Assembly: GCF_009914755.1 (NCBI RefSeq)
Contig: NC_060925.1
Length of the DNA: 64,000 nucleotides
From: the human T2T-CHM13v2.0 reference genome, Homo sapiens
Direction: 5' to 3' (one strand)
The translations under genes and the position numbers were made by a program. This document shows positions 61,431 through 64,000 of the stretch, in pieces. Below the pieces are notes generated by a model. The model saw nothing but the letters and a program-made list of their open reading frames with translations. It was not told where the DNA came from and did no database searches. Each line of letters starts with the position of its first letter. Positions within the stretch are counted from its first letter, which is position 1.

Positions 61431-62829
61431 ATTCCTTGTGATCTATAAAGAGGAGTGAGAGTGTGCTGGCCTCTCTGTGAGAGTTCCCCACCTCTGAAGG
61501 CCCAGCTTCCTTTAGGAAACAATCCCCAGTGAGATATCCCCCTCAACCCCCAGCAGCCTCCTGAATGCTTTCCAGGTTGGTGTGACCTCAGAGGCACCTC
61601 TGCATTGAATGGCTGTATGGACAAGGGCCTCCCAAAGCAGGCAATGCATGGAACTGAGTCTCTGGTGACCTGAGCCTCAGATTGTTTCCATTTGTCCATC
61701 ATCCCCAGGGACAAAGAAGTAGCTGGTGAGGATGAAGAGACAGGGTTTAAAGCCAGAGCCTTCTCCTAAGGACAGGCAAAGGCCTGGGAGGCCAGCTGGG
61801 GATTCTCTGTACCACCGTGGTCATGAAGACCCCATGGACAAATGCATGCAGAGGCAGGAGGTGCTAAGAAGCCGTGGGCCTGGCCTGGGCAAGAAGAGAG
61901 TCACTCATTAGTATGGGGACACCAGGCTGCTTACACAGCTGGGCGAGGTCTGGCACAGATGGACCAACTGTGTTGGGCTGCTGTACTCCTCTGGACAGCA
62001 ACAGAGTCCTCCTCCAGGTCTTGCCTGGAGACAAGCACCAGCTGAGGGTTCAGGATTTCTCAGAACTCAGGTGACCTCCCTGTAGAGGGGGCCCCTGAGC
62101 CCCAGCCTGGCAGCTTCATCTACTGCAGCTGGCAAACTCCCCAAGGGGAGGAAATCAGACCATGAGGCTCCATGACTCAGGGGTGGCCTCCACACAGTGA
62201 CCCCTCTCCCCTCCTCACACATGCAGCATCCATAGACAAGTCCGGCCACTGGAAACCGAACCCCCACATCTCTGCCCTTCTGATAAAATCAGCATGGACC
62301 AGGGCTCCCTGTATGTGGGGCTCTGACTTGGATACTTTCTCATGTTCATCTTTTATAGTTTTCAGTTACGCTGAAAGGGTCAGCTCCTGATGCCCATTGG
62401 ATAGATAAGAAAATGGAGGCTCAGTGAAGTGACTTGCCCAAGACCATGCCCACAGTGAGTAACAGTGCCTGATTTCAAGACCATTCATGTCCTTTCCACT
62501 ACCCACACCACTGCCAAGACACCCCACGTGATATGACCAGCACAGCCATCACTAATAGCATCAAACTCAAACCTCAAGTGCCACATTGAAAAGAGGAATC
62601 CCCAAGGCATCTGACAAATGTCCTGTGGGGGAGAGAGCACATAGGAAGACCCCCATAGTTGCCAGCTGCCACCAATCACAGCCCAAGCCCATTAGCTGAG
62701 TCAGTTTCCTAGGAAAGGTTTTGAAACGCTGTTAATTCCCCCAATTATAAGACAAATGTTTGTTGATCCTCTTAAGGTTTATCACATAGCAGTGCTGCCT
62801 GAGTAACAGCTAAATCCAAGGGGCCCAGT

Positions 62830-62980
62830 GCCGTGGAGTGGAAGGCGTGTGGTACCTGAAAAAGCAGGCTCAAATCTGATCCCAGAGCTGTCCTCACTCA
62901 GAGTATGACTTTGGGCAAGTCACTTAACCATCCTAGACTTCTATTTCCTCGCCTGTCAAATGAACGAGTTGAATTATACG
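62830..62980 (+). mobile_element. MIR
   Basis: TGACTTTGGGCAAGTCACTTAACC...TTTCCTCGCCTGTCAAATG. Confidence 0.7.
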
Positions 62981-64000
62981 GTACCCAAGGTCCTCGCGGG
63001 CTGAACTTTCCAGAAGATGGTGATTCGTGATTCAATTAAAGTTTACCAGGCTGCCTATCAGAAAATTTAATGACTCTTCCAAGTTGACCAAGGCAGGTAA
63101 AAAAGATTATAAATGTAATTTCATTGAAATGGGAAAAGATGAGAATAAGCAAGCAAATAACATCTTAACACAGAGGCCACACTCGCCAGCGAACAGTGAG
63201 TCACTGCCTTTGCGTGGGGGAAAAAAGGAATGAAATTGGATTCTCTGGAGCTCACATGGACTTGTTTTCCCAGAGACTTGGAGAGGGCTTGCCATAGCCA
63301 GGGGATAGATGAGACTCTGGGGGTTAACTAGAAATGGGGGGAGAGAGGTCCCAGGGGAATGTGATTTAAGCCAACCTAAAAGAAGAATTTATGACAACTG
63401 CAGTCATTTCTTCTCCATTTGACCCACAGGCCTCCAGACTTGCTGAGATGTGGCTCTGAAAGATTCTGAGATAGTTTAGATTGAGTCCCAACGGGAATTT
63501 TGTTCCCAGGGAGGTTAAACGTTCTCTGTGGAACCTCAATTCCCTAAGAAACATTTGCAAGGAGGGTAATTTAAGCAAAAATACTATTTGTTTCCCAATT
63601 TACAAGCAATTACACATGATTTACAGCCCAGCTTGCCTCTTGCACAAGCAGCTCTGTAATTTACAAGACCATAAAGTCGGGGGCTCCCATGCTCCCGCCA
63701 CAATAAATCTGGCCTGGATGGTGACTTGGGGCGGAAATGATTAATCTGCCCTTCGAGGGATAAGCCAGCACAGTGCTATATTAGCCAGGGAAGCATGGTG
63801 CTGAGACGGCACTTCTTAGCCCCACCCGTGACACCTGTTTTGCTCTAGAAGAGAAATATGCCCCATGGTCCCAAGAGACAGGGGTATAGGACATGCTAGC
63901 CAGGAAAGGGTGCCAGCCAAGGGTGCAGGTCCAGCCATCTGTGCACTGATGTGCACCTTATCTGTTATCCTGAGGGTTTGCCCCAATCACCTCTCCACAG

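Overview
This is primate (human-like) non-coding genomic DNA, intergenic or deep-intronic. I find no credible protein-coding gene, RNA gene, CRISPR array or prokaryotic system. The long ORFs in the track are explained by repeats. Most of the window is interspersed repeats: an L1MC/L1ME cluster at 1-3.3 kb, four antisense AluS copies plus a 5'-truncated Alu, a complete THE1B (MaLR) provirus with a 5-bp TSD, LTR16 and MLT1 solo LTRs, MER58A/63A/94/96/103C/104 DNA-transposon fossils, and many MIR/L2 fragments. A ~3.4-kb minisatellite of 15/17-bp units occupies 54.7-58.2 kb. Between the repeats lie several AT-rich, TAAT-dense, repeat-free blocks that look like conserved enhancers. Four observations stand out. 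(1) A 92-codon open frame at 33065-33343 resembles the endonuclease-RT linker of fish/amphibian-type L1-clade LINEs rather than mammalian L1, so it is a candidate very ancient, exapted LINE remnant. (2) A 27-bp exact copy from 1.4 kb away fills a deletion in a MIR, the scar expected from templated repair. (3) A THE1B LTR with DUX4 motifs and a donor site lies upstream of three perfect + strand CAG|GTAAGT donors, a possible LTR-driven lncRNA. (4) The minisatellite has higher-order structure and strand-asymmetric stop codons. Repeat family names come from recalled consensus sequences, not from a RepeatMasker run. Boundaries of old repeats are approximate. The genomic locus was not identified.
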